Shown here in pieces: positions 15,962 to 25,487 of a DNA stretch of 32,000 bases. The position numbers were made by a program, and so were the translations under genes. Positions within the stretch are counted from its first letter, which is position 1. Each line of letters starts with the position of its first letter. Below the pieces are notes generated by a model. That model did not search any database. It was given only the letters and a program-made list of their open reading frames with translations, and had not been told where the DNA came from. The stretch is from Chloroflexota bacterium (GTDB taxonomy: Bacteria > Chloroflexota > JAHJIN01), in NCBI GenBank assembly GCA_018823415.1, contig JAHJIN010000418.1, forward strand, positions 1-32,000, read 5' to 3'.

Positions 15962-17887
15962 ATGAGCGAACAAGCCATCGTCGTCTTCAAGCCCAGCGGC
16001 CGCGTCATCGAAGTGCAAGTTGGCACTCTGTTGTCCGATGCGGCCGTGCGTGCCGGTATTGACATCGCCATGCCCTGTGGTGGTCAGGGCCGCTGCGGGC
16101 GTTGCCTGGTTCAGGTCGAATACGGCGAGGTGGCACGCAAGCCCAGCACGCACCTGTCTTCGGCCGACGTGGAAAAAGGCCATGCCTTGGCCTGTCTGAC
16201 CGTCATCAAGGGCAACGTAGTGGTGGTGGTCCCCACCAAAGAAGAGGTAGTGCGCCGCGTATCGGTGGAGGCCAAGGCCGAAAAGATCGCCCTGCCGGTG
16301 GTTTGCGAATGGCAAAGGGAGCCCGGTATCCAAAAGTGCTTTGTGCAGATGGAACCGCCCTCGCTGATGGACAATACCAACGACGCAGACCGGCTCAAAC
16401 GGGCGCTGGCCGTGGAATATGACGTTCGGGACCTGATCGTGGAACTGCCCATGCTCCAGGAACTGGCCCGGACCCTGCGCGAGGCCGACTGGGCCGTGAC
16501 CGCCGTGTTGGAGCGCCAGAACTGGGGACCAGAAGATCTGCCGTCGCGGCTGATCGGGCTGTTGCCCGGCGACTGCACCGCCACCTCGTACGGCCTGGCG
16601 GTGGACATTGGCACCACCACCGTGACCGTGTATCTGACTGACCTGCTCACCACCGAGGTCATGGACATTGCCTCGGCGTACAATGCCCAGATCTCGTGTG
16701 GTGAAGACGTGATCAGCCGTATCGTCTATGCCCAAAAGGGTGACGGCCTCCAGCACCTCCAACGCCTGATCATCAAGACCATCAACGAACTCCTGGCCGA
16801 GCTAGCCTCGCGCAACCGCATCGACCTGCGCGAGATGAACGAGATGGTGGTGGCCGGCAATACGACCATGATCCATCTGTTCCTGGGCCTGGATCCCATG
16901 TACATCCGCGTTGAACCCTATATCCCCACCGTCAACCTGCCGCCGCCGGTGCTCGCCAGCGAACTGGGCATCTCGATCAACCCGCATGCCTCGGTAGACT
17001 GTATCCCCGGCGTGGGGGCGTATGTGGGCGGCGACATCTCGGCCGGGGTGCTGTCCTCGCGCCTGTTCCAGACCGACAAGCTCACCTTGTTCATCGACGT
17101 GGGCACCAACGGCGAGATCGTGCTGGGCAACAATGACTGGCTCATCTGCTGTGCCTGTTCGGCCGGCCCGGCCTTTGAGGGCGCCGGGGTACGCTATGGG
17201 ATGCGTGCCACGGCCGGCGCCATCGAGGACGTGTGGATCAACCGTGAAACCCTGGAGCCCCGTTATCAAACCATCGGCAACTTGCCACCCCGGGGCATCT
17301 GCGGCAGTGGCATGATCGCCTTGCTGGCCGAGATGTTTGTCGCCGGCGTACTGGACAAGCGCGGCAAGGTCCGGCGCGACCTGCCCACCGCCCGGGTGCG
17401 CACGGGCCAGCACGGCGGCGAATACGTCGTCGTCTGGGCCGACGAAACCACCATCGGCAAGGACATTGTGTTGAGCGAGGTGGACGTGGAGAACCTGATC
17501 CGCACCAAGGCGGCCATCTATGCCGGGTTCTCGGTGCTGGTGCGCAACGTGGGCTTGAATTTGGCCGACGTGGAGCAGGTGCTCATTGGCGGATCGTTTG
17601 GACGCTATATCAACGTTGAAAAGGCCATCCAGATTGGCTTGCTGCCTGATATGCCCTGGGATCGGTTCAAATACCTGGGCAACACCTCGGCGTTGGGGGC
17701 GTATACCACGCTCTTGTGCTCCGATATGCGTCGCCAGGTGGTCGAGATCGCCGGCAAGATGACCTATCTGGAGCTGTCGGCCGACAACAGCTTTTACGAA
17801 GAGTTCATGTCAGCCATGTTCTTGCCCCACACCGACGAGGCATCGTTCCCGTCGGTGGCGCTGGCGTTGGAATCCAGGCACGACTAG
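15962..17887 (+). CDS. acsV: 2Fe-2S ferredoxin + ASKHA domain (DUF4445) reductive activator of corrinoid protein (RACo/AcsV)
   Basis: MPCGGQGRCGRCLVQVEYG ferredoxin motif; YGLAVDIGTTTVTVYLTDLLT, MVVAGNTTMIHLFLGLDP, DVGTNGEIVLGN, GICGSGMIALLAEMF and VLIGGSFGRYINVEKA. Confidence 0.95.
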   Translation: MSEQAIVVFKPSGRVIEVQVGTLLSDAAVRAGIDIAMPCGGQGRCGRCLVQVEYGEVARKPSTHLSSADVEKGHALACLTVIKGNVVVVVPTKEEVVRRVSVEAKAEKIALPVVCEWQREPGIQKCFVQMEPPSLMDNTNDADRLKRALAVEYDVRDLIVELPMLQELARTLREADWAVTAVLERQNWGPEDLPSRLIGLLPGDCTATSYGLAVDIGTTTVTVYLTDLLTTEVMDIASAYNAQISCGEDVISRIVYAQKGDGLQHLQRLIIKTINELLAELASRNRIDLREMNEMVVAGNTTMIHLFLGLDPMYIRVEPYIPTVNLPPPVLASELGISINPHASVDCIPGVGAYVGGDISAGVLSSRLFQTDKLTLFIDVGTNGEIVLGNNDWLICCACSAGPAFEGAGVRYGMRATAGAIEDVWINRETLEPRYQTIGNLPPRGICGSGMIALLAEMFVAGVLDKRGKVRRDLPTARVRTGQHGGEYVVVWADETTIGKDIVLSEVDVENLIRTKAAIYAGFSVLVRNVGLNLADVEQVLIGGSFGRYINVEKAIQIGLLPDMPWDRFKYLGNTSALGAYTTLLCSDMRRQVVEIAGKMTYLELSADNSFYEEFMSAMFLPHTDEASFPSVALALESRHD

Positions 17888-17905
17888 CAACCGGGAGAGA
17901 GCAGA

Positions 17906-18670
17906 TTGACCATCACCATCGCCGTCGCCGGCAAAGGCGGCACCGGTAAAACCACCTTTAGCGGCCTCCTGGTGCGCTATTTGCGCGACCGGGACGCCGG
18001 CAATATCCTGGCTATCGACGCGGACCCGGCCACCAACCTGCACTCAGTGCTGGGCATGCCGGAACCCACCAGCGTGGGCAACATCCGCGAGGAAACGGCC
18101 GAGCAGGTGGGCCGGGGCCAGGGCGTGCCCTCGGGCATGAGCAAGCACGACTATTTTGAGTATCAGGTCAACATGGCCGTGGAAGAAGGCAATGGGTTTG
18201 ACCTCATCGCGATGGGCCGGCCAGAGGGCCGGGGCTGCTACTGCGCCGCCAACAACATGCTGCGCGTCATCATCGACCAGGTCGCCGGGGGCTATGACTA
18301 TGTGGTCATGGATAACGAGGCCGGCCTGGAGCACCTGAGCCGCCGCACCACCCGCGACGTGGACGTGATGCTTATCGTCTCGGACCCGTCGATGCGCGGC
18401 ATCGTCACGGCCGGCCGGGTGCTCGACTTGTCGCACGAACTGAAAAACGTCATCGGCCGCACGTATCTGGTGGTGAACCGGGTGCAAGGCGAACTGCCGC
18501 CGCCCATCGCTGCCAAAGCCGAGGAATTGGGCCTCAAGCTGGCCGGCATCATCCCGGCCGATCCCCTGGTGCCCGAGTTCGACGGCTATGGCCGGCCGCT
18601 CATCGAACTGCCGGCCGAGTCGCCGGCGTGGCAGGCGGCTCGCGAGATTGCCAATCAGGTGTTGAACTAA
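17906..18670 (+). CDS. cooC: CODH/ACS nickel-insertion accessory ATPase, CooC/AcsF family
   Basis: TTG start after GGGAGAGA. ITIAVAGKGGTGKTTFSGLLVRYL (P-loop), AIDADPATNLHSVLG, GRGCYCAANNMLR (CxC) and DVMLIVSDPSMRG. Confidence 0.93.
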   Translation: MTITIAVAGKGGTGKTTFSGLLVRYLRDRDAGNILAIDADPATNLHSVLGMPEPTSVGNIREETAEQVGRGQGVPSGMSKHDYFEYQVNMAVEEGNGFDLIAMGRPEGRGCYCAANNMLRVIIDQVAGGYDYVVMDNEAGLEHLSRRTTRDVDVMLIVSDPSMRGIVTAGRVLDLSHELKNVIGRTYLVVNRVQGELPPPIAAKAEELGLKLAGIIPADPLVPEFDGYGRPLIELPAESPAWQAAREIANQVLN

Positions 18671-18679
18671 ACGTCGGCA

Positions 18680-18696
18680 GTCGGCGGATCGCCGAC
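18680..18696 (+). terminator. Weak short hairpin between cooC and acsE
   Basis: GTCGGCG-GAT-CGCCGAC, 7 bp, no U tract. Confidence 0.25.
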
Positions 18697-18725
18697 ACCT
18701 TTCAAATCATGGAGGAGAAAAGCAC

Positions 18726-19655
18726 ATGTATATCATCGGCGAAAACATCCATATCATTTCCAGCAAGGTCAAGGCGGCGGTACTAAAACGCGACGCCCAA
18801 TACCTGCAAGAGCTGGCCAAGGCCCAGGTGGATCACGGGGCCAGCATGTTGGACCTGAACATCGGGCCGCAGAAAAAGCACGGCCACGAACTCATGCCCT
18901 GGCTCATCGACGTGGTCCAGGAGGTGGCGCCGGGCTTTCCTATCAGTCTGGACACCACCAACGCCAACGCCATCGAGGCCGGTCTAAAGCGCTGCCAGGA
19001 ATTGGGCATCGAGGCTCTCATCAACTCGACCACGGCAGACCCGGACCGCATCGCCCTGGCCATGCCCCTGGCTGCCAAGTACAACGCCAAGATCGTGGCC
19101 CTGACCCTGGGCAAGACCGGCATGCCCACCACCGCTGATGCGCGTGTGGAACTGGCGATGCAACTCATCGCCGCCGCCGACGAGTATGGCATCCCCTACG
19201 ATCATTTGTACCTGGACCCGCTGGTGCTGACGGTCAAGGGGACCCAGGAGCACGCGCCCGAGACCCTGAACGCCGTGCGCATGTTCAAGATGCTGGTAGA
19301 GCCGGCGCCCATGAGCACCGTGGGCCTGAGCAACATCTCTAACCAGGTGCCCGAAGAGGGCCGAGGCCTTATCAACCGCACCTTTTTGGTGATGCTCATG
19401 GCCGCCGGTCTGGACACGGCCATCGCGGACCCGATGGACGAAGCGCAGAACGAGTTCATCCGCATCGTCGAAGAGCGCGACGAGTCCACCGGCGTGGGCC
19501 GGCTCCTGGTGGCCCTGTACGACAATGTGATGGCTATGGAGCCGTTCAACCCGGATGTGGTGGACATGGACGATCCCGCGCAGTCGGACATTTACAAGAC
19601 CATTCGGGTGCTGGAGAACCAGGGCATCTTTGCCGACAGCTATTTGCGGCTCTAG
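18726..19655 (+). CDS. acsE: Methyltetrahydrofolate:corrinoid/iron-sulfur protein methyltransferase
   Basis: MYIIGENIHIISSKV, GASMLDLNIGP, PISLDTTNANAIEAGL, ALTLGKTGMPTTADARVE, LDPLVLTV and STVGLSNISNQVP. GGAGG upstream. Confidence 0.95.
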   Translation: MYIIGENIHIISSKVKAAVLKRDAQYLQELAKAQVDHGASMLDLNIGPQKKHGHELMPWLIDVVQEVAPGFPISLDTTNANAIEAGLKRCQELGIEALINSTTADPDRIALAMPLAAKYNAKIVALTLGKTGMPTTADARVELAMQLIAAADEYGIPYDHLYLDPLVLTVKGTQEHAPETLNAVRMFKMLVEPAPMSTVGLSNISNQVPEEGRGLINRTFLVMLMAAGLDTAIADPMDEAQNEFIRIVEERDESTGVGRLLVALYDNVMAMEPFNPDVVDMDDPAQSDIYKTIRVLENQGIFADSYLRL

Positions 19656-19679
19656 CCGCCAACACGTCAGACGCAACGA

Positions 19680-19707
19680 GGCCCCGGGGCTGTCCCCGGG
19701 GCCTTTT
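19680..19707 (+). terminator. Rho-independent terminator closing the acetyl-CoA pathway locus
   Basis: GGCCCCGGGG-CTGT-CCCCGGGGCC followed by TTTT. Confidence 0.9.
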
Positions 19708-19738
19708 GTGATATGCTCACTCGGCAAGTGGTTCGCTA

Positions 19739-20332
19739 TTGACCGGTCAGCGTGACGCTGCGTACCAAATGGTCAAAATCGGCCTGATAGTTGGCATCCT
19801 GGAGCGAGATCTGGAGTGCTCGATAGGTCCGGCCGTCCACCGTCCGGTTCAACTCGAAATAGGCGATGGGCATCGAGGTCTGGGTCTGGGCCTGGCCGGG
19901 GGCAATGATTTGCTGATATTCCCAGGTGGTGACATAGCCGGTCACGCCGTTGGCCGTTACCTTGTCGATGCTGATGAGCTTTTCGAACCCCTGGATCTCG
20001 GCCATGGCCGCAATCCGCACATAGTCCTCAAAGGACATGCCGGCGATGGATTGGCCGTTGTACTGTTCGGGGGGTATGGTGGCATCCACGGTAATGAGGA
20101 TGTGCTTGGTGTCGGCCGGAGTGTCCTTGGGGCTAAAGCTGGCCCCGGTGCCTCGATCCGGGAACTCGGAGTACGTCCAGTCCGGGTTATAGTTGACCTG
20201 GTAGCCCATTTTGGTATTGGTGTAGGTGAGCCAACCGGTCCCGCCGGGGCCGGTCTCCTGAATGCCTGGCTGGCACGCGCTGGCAGCCAGCACCAGGACC
20301 GCCACGGTGAGCAACGCAGTGCGCCTGTTCAT
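19739..20332 (-). CDS. Predicted lipoprotein, possibly PsbP/MOG1-like fold
   Basis: MNRRTALLTVAVLVLAASAC lipobox; NTKMGYQVNYNPDWTYSEF...GASFSPK resembles PsbP-like lipoproteins. SD AGGAGG before ATG at 20332. Confidence 0.78.
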
Positions 20333-20508
20333 GAGCAACCTCCTCGTGATGTGTGATGGGCCGGGGCCACCAGTCGCCCGCGCCGAATACACACTCAGTA
20401 TAACCGGAAACGCCGACCCCGTCAATAGCAATGCTTCTGGTGCGATCCCGGCGAACGTGGTATAATTGGCGCCGACCGCTGCGGTCGAGTCTGGCGTAGG
20501 AGACGAGT

Positions 20509-21327
20509 ATGGACCCGTTGCAAGCTATCATTCTGGGCATTGTGCAAGGCGCCACCGAGTTTTTGCCGGTGAGCAGCTCGGGGCATCTGGTGCTGGTGCC
20601 GTGGGCGCTGGGCTGGGATCCGCCGGGCCTGGCCTTTGATGCGTTCCTGCACCTGGGCACCTTGGTCGCCGTGTTCGCCTATTTCTGGCGCGACCTGATC
20701 GCGCTGGCCGGGGCCGGGCTGCACAGCCTGCGGGATCGTTCGCTGGCCGGCAGCCCGCAGCGCAAGGTGGCCTGGCTTATTGTGTTGGGCACGCTGCCCG
20801 CGGCCCTGGCCGGCCTGCTGTTGGAAGGCTTTTTTGAAGAGTTGTTTGGCAACCCGCTGGCGGTGGGCGTATTTCTGCTGCTCACGGCAGCGTTGCTGAC
20901 CGTTAGCGAGCGCTGGAGCCGCCAGGATCGCCAGGCCGACGAGATGAGCTGGCTGGACGGGCTGCTGGTGGGCGTGGGACAGGCGTGTGCCATCGCGCCG
21001 GGCCTGTCGCGGTCTGGGATCACCATCGCCGCTGGGCTCTGGCGGGGGTTGACGCGCCCGGCGGCGGCGCGCTATTCGTTCTTGTTGTCTGTGCCCATTG
21101 TGCTGGGGGCCGGGTTGCTCCAGGCACGCAAGCTCCTGGGTGGGGTAGACACCAACTGGCTGCTGTTGGCCCTGGGATTTATCTCGGCAGCAGTGACCGG
21201 CTATTTATGCATCCACCTGCTGCTGACGCTGGTGCAGCGGCGGTCGCTGTATGGGTTCGCGGGATATTGCGCCGTGGTGGGCAGCGCGGCACTCGTGCTG
21301 GCGGCCGCGGGCTGGTCGGGGTTCTAG
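20509..21327 (+). CDS. uppP: Undecaprenyl-diphosphatase
   Basis: IILGIVQGATEFLPVSSSGHLVLVPWALGW, AFDAFLHLGTLVAVFAYFWRDL and GVGQACAIAPGLSRSGITIAAGLWRGLTRPAAARYSF. Confidence 0.97.
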   Translation: MDPLQAIILGIVQGATEFLPVSSSGHLVLVPWALGWDPPGLAFDAFLHLGTLVAVFAYFWRDLIALAGAGLHSLRDRSLAGSPQRKVAWLIVLGTLPAALAGLLLEGFFEELFGNPLAVGVFLLLTAALLTVSERWSRQDRQADEMSWLDGLLVGVGQACAIAPGLSRSGITIAAGLWRGLTRPAAARYSFLLSVPIVLGAGLLQARKLLGGVDTNWLLLALGFISAAVTGYLCIHLLLTLVQRRSLYGFAGYCAVVGSAALVLAAAGWSGF

Positions 21328-21329
21328 CC

Positions 21330-22142
21330 ATGCGGCGAGTGGTTTTGGTTCTTGGCGCGGCGCTGCTGCTGGCGGCTTGTGGGCCGGCGGCGCCCCCCCC
21401 CACGGCAGCACCGGTCTATCTGACGCTGGCCGGGCCGGCCGACCTGGAGCCGGTGGGCCAGGCGCTGGCCCGGGGCTACATGGCCCTGCGGCCCTATGCC
21501 ACGGTGACGTACCAGGCCGGCGATTGGGAATCTGGCCTCCGGGCCGTGGCTCAGCGCGAGGCCCAGGTGGGGCTGTGGACCGGGATGGCGACCAATGGTG
21601 TGGTGGATCTGGGTGCCGACTTGACCACCACGCTCGTGGCGCGCGACGCGGTGGCGGTGGTGGTGGCGCCGCACAACCCGGTGGTGAGCCTGCGCCTGTT
21701 GGACATGCAAACCATGTTTGCGGGTCGCATTTCCAACTGGCAGGTCGTGGGGGGCGATGATCGGCCGGTGCAGGTGCTATGTTGGTATGACGGGGCGCGC
21801 CTGCGGGGGTTTTTCGATGGCCTGGTGATGCGTGGTCGGCCGGTCACGCCCACGGCCCTGGTGGTGTCCAGTGACGCCGGCGTGGAGGGCCTCATCGCCG
21901 AGCGGCCCAACGCCATTGGCTACATGCGCTGGCAGGCGTTGTCGCCCCAGGTGCGGGCATTGGCCGTTGATGGAGTGCAGCCTGATTCTGCCCAAGTGGG
22001 CAGCGGGCGCTATCCGCTCTCGCTCCCGGTGATGCTGGTGACGGCGACGCGGCCCAACGCCGACGTGCGCGACCTGGTGCGTTTCGTGCAATCGCCGGAG
22101 GGGCAGGCCATCATGGCTCGCTGGTTCGCGCCGCTGCCGTGA
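21330..22142 (+). CDS. Phosphate-type (PstS-like) substrate-binding lipoprotein
   Basis: MRRVVLVLGAALLLAAC lipobox; VVVVAPHNPVVSLRLLDMQTMFAGRISNW; VVSSDAGVEGLIAERPNAIGYM; 2 nt downstream of uppP. Confidence 0.85.
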   Translation: MRRVVLVLGAALLLAACGPAAPPPTAAPVYLTLAGPADLEPVGQALARGYMALRPYATVTYQAGDWESGLRAVAQREAQVGLWTGMATNGVVDLGADLTTTLVARDAVAVVVAPHNPVVSLRLLDMQTMFAGRISNWQVVGGDDRPVQVLCWYDGARLRGFFDGLVMRGRPVTPTALVVSSDAGVEGLIAERPNAIGYMRWQALSPQVRALAVDGVQPDSAQVGSGRYPLSLPVMLVTATRPNADVRDLVRFVQSPEGQAIMARWFAPLP

Positions 22143-22144
22143 TC

Positions 22145-23194
22145 CTAGGCTTCGCGGCCGACCAGCGTGAGAGCCAGGTTACGCAGCCAGTCCAGGGCCG
22201 GCTCGCGCCCTCCCGCATCATCCAACGCGGCCAGGGCTTGCCGGTGATGGTCGCGCACCAATGCCTCGGCCCGGGCGCGGGCTTCCAGCTCGTTCAAGAT
22301 GTCCAGGATGCGGTCTACAACAGCGTCATCCGGGGCCTCGTCCTGCTGATAAAAAGCCATCAAGTCGTGCTGGGCTGGGCCGGTGGCGCTTTCTAGCGCA
22401 TAGAGCACCGGCCAGCTCTTTTTTCGGCGCCGCAGGTCGTTGGCGGCTGGTTTGCCGGTCACAACCGGGTCGCCCCAGATGCCTAGCACGTCGTCCTGGA
22501 TCTGAAAGGCCAGCCCCAGCTTTTGACCAAAGCTACGATACAGTCGGGCCGCTGCCGGGCCGTCAGTGCCCAGCAGGGCGCCCATCTCCAGGGCCGTGGC
22601 AAAGAGGCTGGCCGTTTTACCCTGGACCATGTAGACGTAATCGGCCACGGTGACATCGGTGCGCCTCTCGAACTGCATGTCCAGGTATTGTCCGTGGCAG
22701 AGGGTCACGCAAGCCGCTTCAAAGCGCTGCCCCAGGATGAGTGTAAGGTCGGCGGGCACGTCGGGAGCGAGCTGCTGGAGGGCCTGGTGGGCCAGGCTCA
22801 ACATACCATCGCCGGCGTTGATGGCCTGGGGCATGCCCCATACTTTCCAGACTGTGGGCCGGTGCCGGCGAGCCTCGTCGCCATCCTCAATGTCGTCATG
22901 GATCAGTGAGAAATTGTGTACCAGCTCGATGGCTACGGCCGCCGGCAGGGCTTGGCGCCACGTGTCTTGCCCCCCGGCTGACTGGCAGGCCAGCAGGCAC
23001 AACAGCGGGCGCAGGCGTTTGCCCGGGGGCGATTGCACCGGGTGGCCCTGGGCATCCACCCAGCCCATGTGATAGCGCATCATGTCATAGTATTCGGCCA
23101 AGGCCGGGTTGGGGCATTGGAGTGCACTGCGCAGGCCCGCTTCGATGGCTTCGCGATAGGGTGTGAGGGCCTCCGCCCAATTCTTGGCGCTCAT
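22145..23194 (-). CDS. Polyprenyl synthetase family protein (geranylgeranyl/polyprenyl diphosphate synthase-like)
   Basis: PGKRLRPLLCLLACQSAGG, ELVHNFSLIHDDIEDGDEARRHRPTVWKVWG and FQIQDDVLGIWGDPVVTGKPAANDLRRRKKSWP. Start MSAKNWAEAL at 23194, overlapping the isomerase stop. Confidence 0.94.
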   Translation of the reverse strand: MSAKNWAEALTPYREAIEAGLRSALQCPNPALAEYYDMMRYHMGWVDAQGHPVQSPPGKRLRPLLCLLACQSAGGQDTWRQALPAAVAIELVHNFSLIHDDIEDGDEARRHRPTVWKVWGMPQAINAGDGMLSLAHQALQQLAPDVPADLTLILGQRFEAACVTLCHGQYLDMQFERRTDVTVADYVYMVQGKTASLFATALEMGALLGTDGPAAARLYRSFGQKLGLAFQIQDDVLGIWGDPVVTGKPAANDLRRRKKSWPVLYALESATGPAQHDLMAFYQQDEAPDDAVVDRILDILNELEARARAEALVRDHHRQALAALDDAGGREPALDWLRNLALTLVGREA

Positions 23195-24219
23195 ACAGGT
23201 CCTCCGCTGGGTTGCAGGGGTGTGCGACGCAGATCGGTCATGGTGCGCGCGCCCACGCAAAACATGGCGACGCGCAGCTCGGTGACGAGTTGGTGCAGTC
23301 GCAGGCACACGGCCTGGCCCGATACGGTGGCCGGGCGCAACAAGGGCGCAGCCAGCCCTGCGATGTCGGCGCCCAGGGCGACGGCCTTGGCGACGTGGAT
23401 GCCCGTGCGCACGCCGCCGCTGCCCACGATCTGCGCGTGGGGCGCGCCTCGCCGGGCCAGTTGGATGCTGATGGCGGTGGGGATGCCCCAGTTGGCAAAG
23501 GCTTCGGCCACCCGGCGCATGGTTTCGCTCTCGGCGCGGTGTTTTTCCACCTCGCTCCAGGACGTGCCCCCGGCGCCGGCCACTTCTAACCCGGCCACAC
23601 CCACCTCGACCAGTTGCCGGGCCACCTCTTCCGACAGTCCCCAGCCCACTTCTTTGGCCAGTACCGGCACCGGCAAGGCCCGGCATACCGCTTCGATGCG
23701 GGCCAGCAGCCCACTAAAATCCGTGTTGCCGTTGCCCTGGAGCGATTCCTGGAGGGGATTCAGGTGCAGCACCAGCGCGTTGGCCTGGATCATGTCCACG
23801 GCGCGCTGGCACTCGGCCACGCCATAGCCGTGCTTGAGCTGAATAGCGCCCAGGTTGGCGGCCAAAAAGATGTCTGGCGCCACCTGGCGCACTTGGTAGG
23901 TGTTGATTAGGTCCGGGTCTTCGATGGCGGCGCGCTGGCTGCCCACGCCCAGGCCCAGGCCCAATTCCTGTGCCGCTTCGGCCAGGTGGCAGTTGATGGC
24001 CTGAGCCGCCGAGGTCCCCCCGGTCATGGCGGAGAGCAGGATGGGCGCGCGAAAGGGGTGCCCTAGAAACGTGGTCGCCGTATCGACGGCAGCCAGGTCG
24101 AATTCGGGGAGGGCCCGGTGGGTAAACCGATAGTCGTCGAAACCGGCCCCCAGCCCCGGCGATTCGACGTTCTCTTCCAGACAAATTCGCAGGTGTTCGA
24201 GTTTACGTTGGCTATGCAT
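23191..24219 (-). CDS. fni: Type II (FMN-dependent) isopentenyl-diphosphate delta-isomerase
   Basis: RKLEHLRICLEENVE, LLSAMTGGTSAAQAINCHLAEAAQELGLGLGVGSQRAAIE, LVLHLNPLQESLQGNGNTDF and VGSGGVRTGIHVAKAVALGAD. Confidence 0.96.
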   Translation of the reverse strand: MHSQRKLEHLRICLEENVESPGLGAGFDDYRFTHRALPEFDLAAVDTATTFLGHPFRAPILLSAMTGGTSAAQAINCHLAEAAQELGLGLGVGSQRAAIEDPDLINTYQVRQVAPDIFLAANLGAIQLKHGYGVAECQRAVDMIQANALVLHLNPLQESLQGNGNTDFSGLLARIEAVCRALPVPVLAKEVGWGLSEEVARQLVEVGVAGLEVAGAGGTSWSEVEKHRAESETMRRVAEAFANWGIPTAISIQLARRGAPHAQIVGSGGVRTGIHVAKAVALGADIAGLAAPLLRPATVSGQAVCLRLHQLVTELRVAMFCVGARTMTDLRRTPLQPSGGPV

Positions 24220-24226
24220 GGGGCTT

Positions 24227-24235
24227 ATTATACCA
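24227..24235 (-). promoter_or_regulatory. Extended -10 promoter immediately 5' of fni
   Basis: Minus strand TGGTATAAT, hexamer ending 7 nt before the ATG. Confidence 0.55.
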
Positions 24236-24283
24236 CAAATGGCGGGATCGAGGTAGGCCGGCCGGAGGGTGCGCGGTGGCGTA

Positions 24284-24312
24284 TTGCGCTTGCTGGCCGG
24301 ATATGTTAGAAT
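24284..24312 (+). promoter_or_regulatory. Putative sigma70-like promoter of the aminotransferase/serA/DUF1015 cluster
   Basis: TTGCGC-17 nt-TAGAAT, about 70 nt upstream of ATG 24381. Confidence 0.5.
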
Positions 24313-24380
24313 AGGCCCGGCAACGATGGGGTTGCCAGCCCGTGGTTAACCCACACCAATATCCAAGGAAGGAGTGTACC

Positions 24381-25451
24381 ATGTACAAAAAGCTCTTTAT
24401 CCCCGGTCCCACCCACGTGCGCGACGAGATCCTCCAGGCCCAGGCCGCTCCCATGATCGGCCACCGCGCCAAGGAATACTCGGACCTCCAGGCCCAGGTC
24501 ACCCCCAAGCTCCAGGAAATGCTGCACACCCGGCAGCGCGTCTATCTGTTCGCCAGTTCGTCTACCGGCGTGATGGAAGGCTCGGTGCGGCAGGCCAGCC
24601 TCAAAAAAGTGCTGTGCACCGTCTGCGGCGCCTTTTCCAAGCGCTGGTACGAGATCACCGTGGCCAACGGCGTGCCCTGCGACAAGCTCGAGGTGCCCAT
24701 GGGCGAGGCCATCACCCCGGCGCTGGTAGACAAGGCCCTGAGCAGCGGCGAGTATGACGCCATCGCCGTCGTATACAACGAGACCTCTACCGGCATCATG
24801 AACCCGGTCCCCGAAATCGCGGCCCTGGCCCATGAAAAGTACCCGGACGTGCTGATCCTCGTCGACGCCGTGAGCTGCATGGCCGGCAAGGACATCCTGT
24901 TCGACGAGTGGGGGCTGGACGTGTGTCTGGCCGGGGTGCAGAAATGCTTTGCCCTGCCCGCGGGCCTTACCGTCTGCGCCGTGAGCGACCGGGCCATGGA
25001 GCGCGCCCGTCAGGTTCCCAACCGGGGCTATTACTTTGACTTTGTGGAACAGGACAAGTATTATCAAAAGAACCAGACCCCGGCCACGCCGGCCATCAGC
25101 CTCATCCAGGCGCTCAACGTGCAACTGGATGCTATCCTGGCCGAAGGCACCGCCGAGCGTGAAGCCCGGCACCGCGAGATGGCCGAGATCGTCCGCGCCT
25201 GGGCCAAAAAGAATTTTGGTCTCTATGGCGACGAGGACTATCTGTCCGTCACCGTCACCAACATTGCCAACACCCGCGGCATCAGCGTGGGCGACCTGAA
25301 CAAGGAACTGGGCAAGCGCGGGGCCATGATCTCCAATGGCTATGGCGCCCTGAAGGAAAATTGCTTCCGCATTGCCCACATGGGCGATTTGCAAGTCTCG
25401 GACATCGAGTGGCTCCTGTGCCAGATCGATGACATTCTGGGTTTGGCATAA
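24381..25451 (+). CDS. Class V PLP-dependent aminotransferase (alanine/serine-glyoxylate or serine-pyruvate aminotransferase-like)
   Basis: KKLFIPGPTHVRDEILQAQAAPMIGHRAKEY, LFASSSTGVMEGSVRQA, NETSTGIMNPV and LILVDAVSCMAGKDILFDEWGLDVCLAGVQKCFALP (PLP Lys region). AAGGAGTG upstream. Confidence 0.92.
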   Translation: MYKKLFIPGPTHVRDEILQAQAAPMIGHRAKEYSDLQAQVTPKLQEMLHTRQRVYLFASSSTGVMEGSVRQASLKKVLCTVCGAFSKRWYEITVANGVPCDKLEVPMGEAITPALVDKALSSGEYDAIAVVYNETSTGIMNPVPEIAALAHEKYPDVLILVDAVSCMAGKDILFDEWGLDVCLAGVQKCFALPAGLTVCAVSDRAMERARQVPNRGYYFDFVEQDKYYQKNQTPATPAISLIQALNVQLDAILAEGTAEREARHREMAEIVRAWAKKNFGLYGDEDYLSVTVTNIANTRGISVGDLNKELGKRGAMISNGYGALKENCFRIAHMGDLQVSDIEWLLCQIDDILGLA

Positions 25452-25487
25452 GTGACCAAAACCTATCTCAACGAGGAGGTGACAGCA

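Noticed and set aside
25452-25487. GTG start of serA immediately after the aminotransferase stop
   Set aside because: ATG 25488 has a strong GAGGAGG SD and gives the canonical MKLLVCDP N-terminus.
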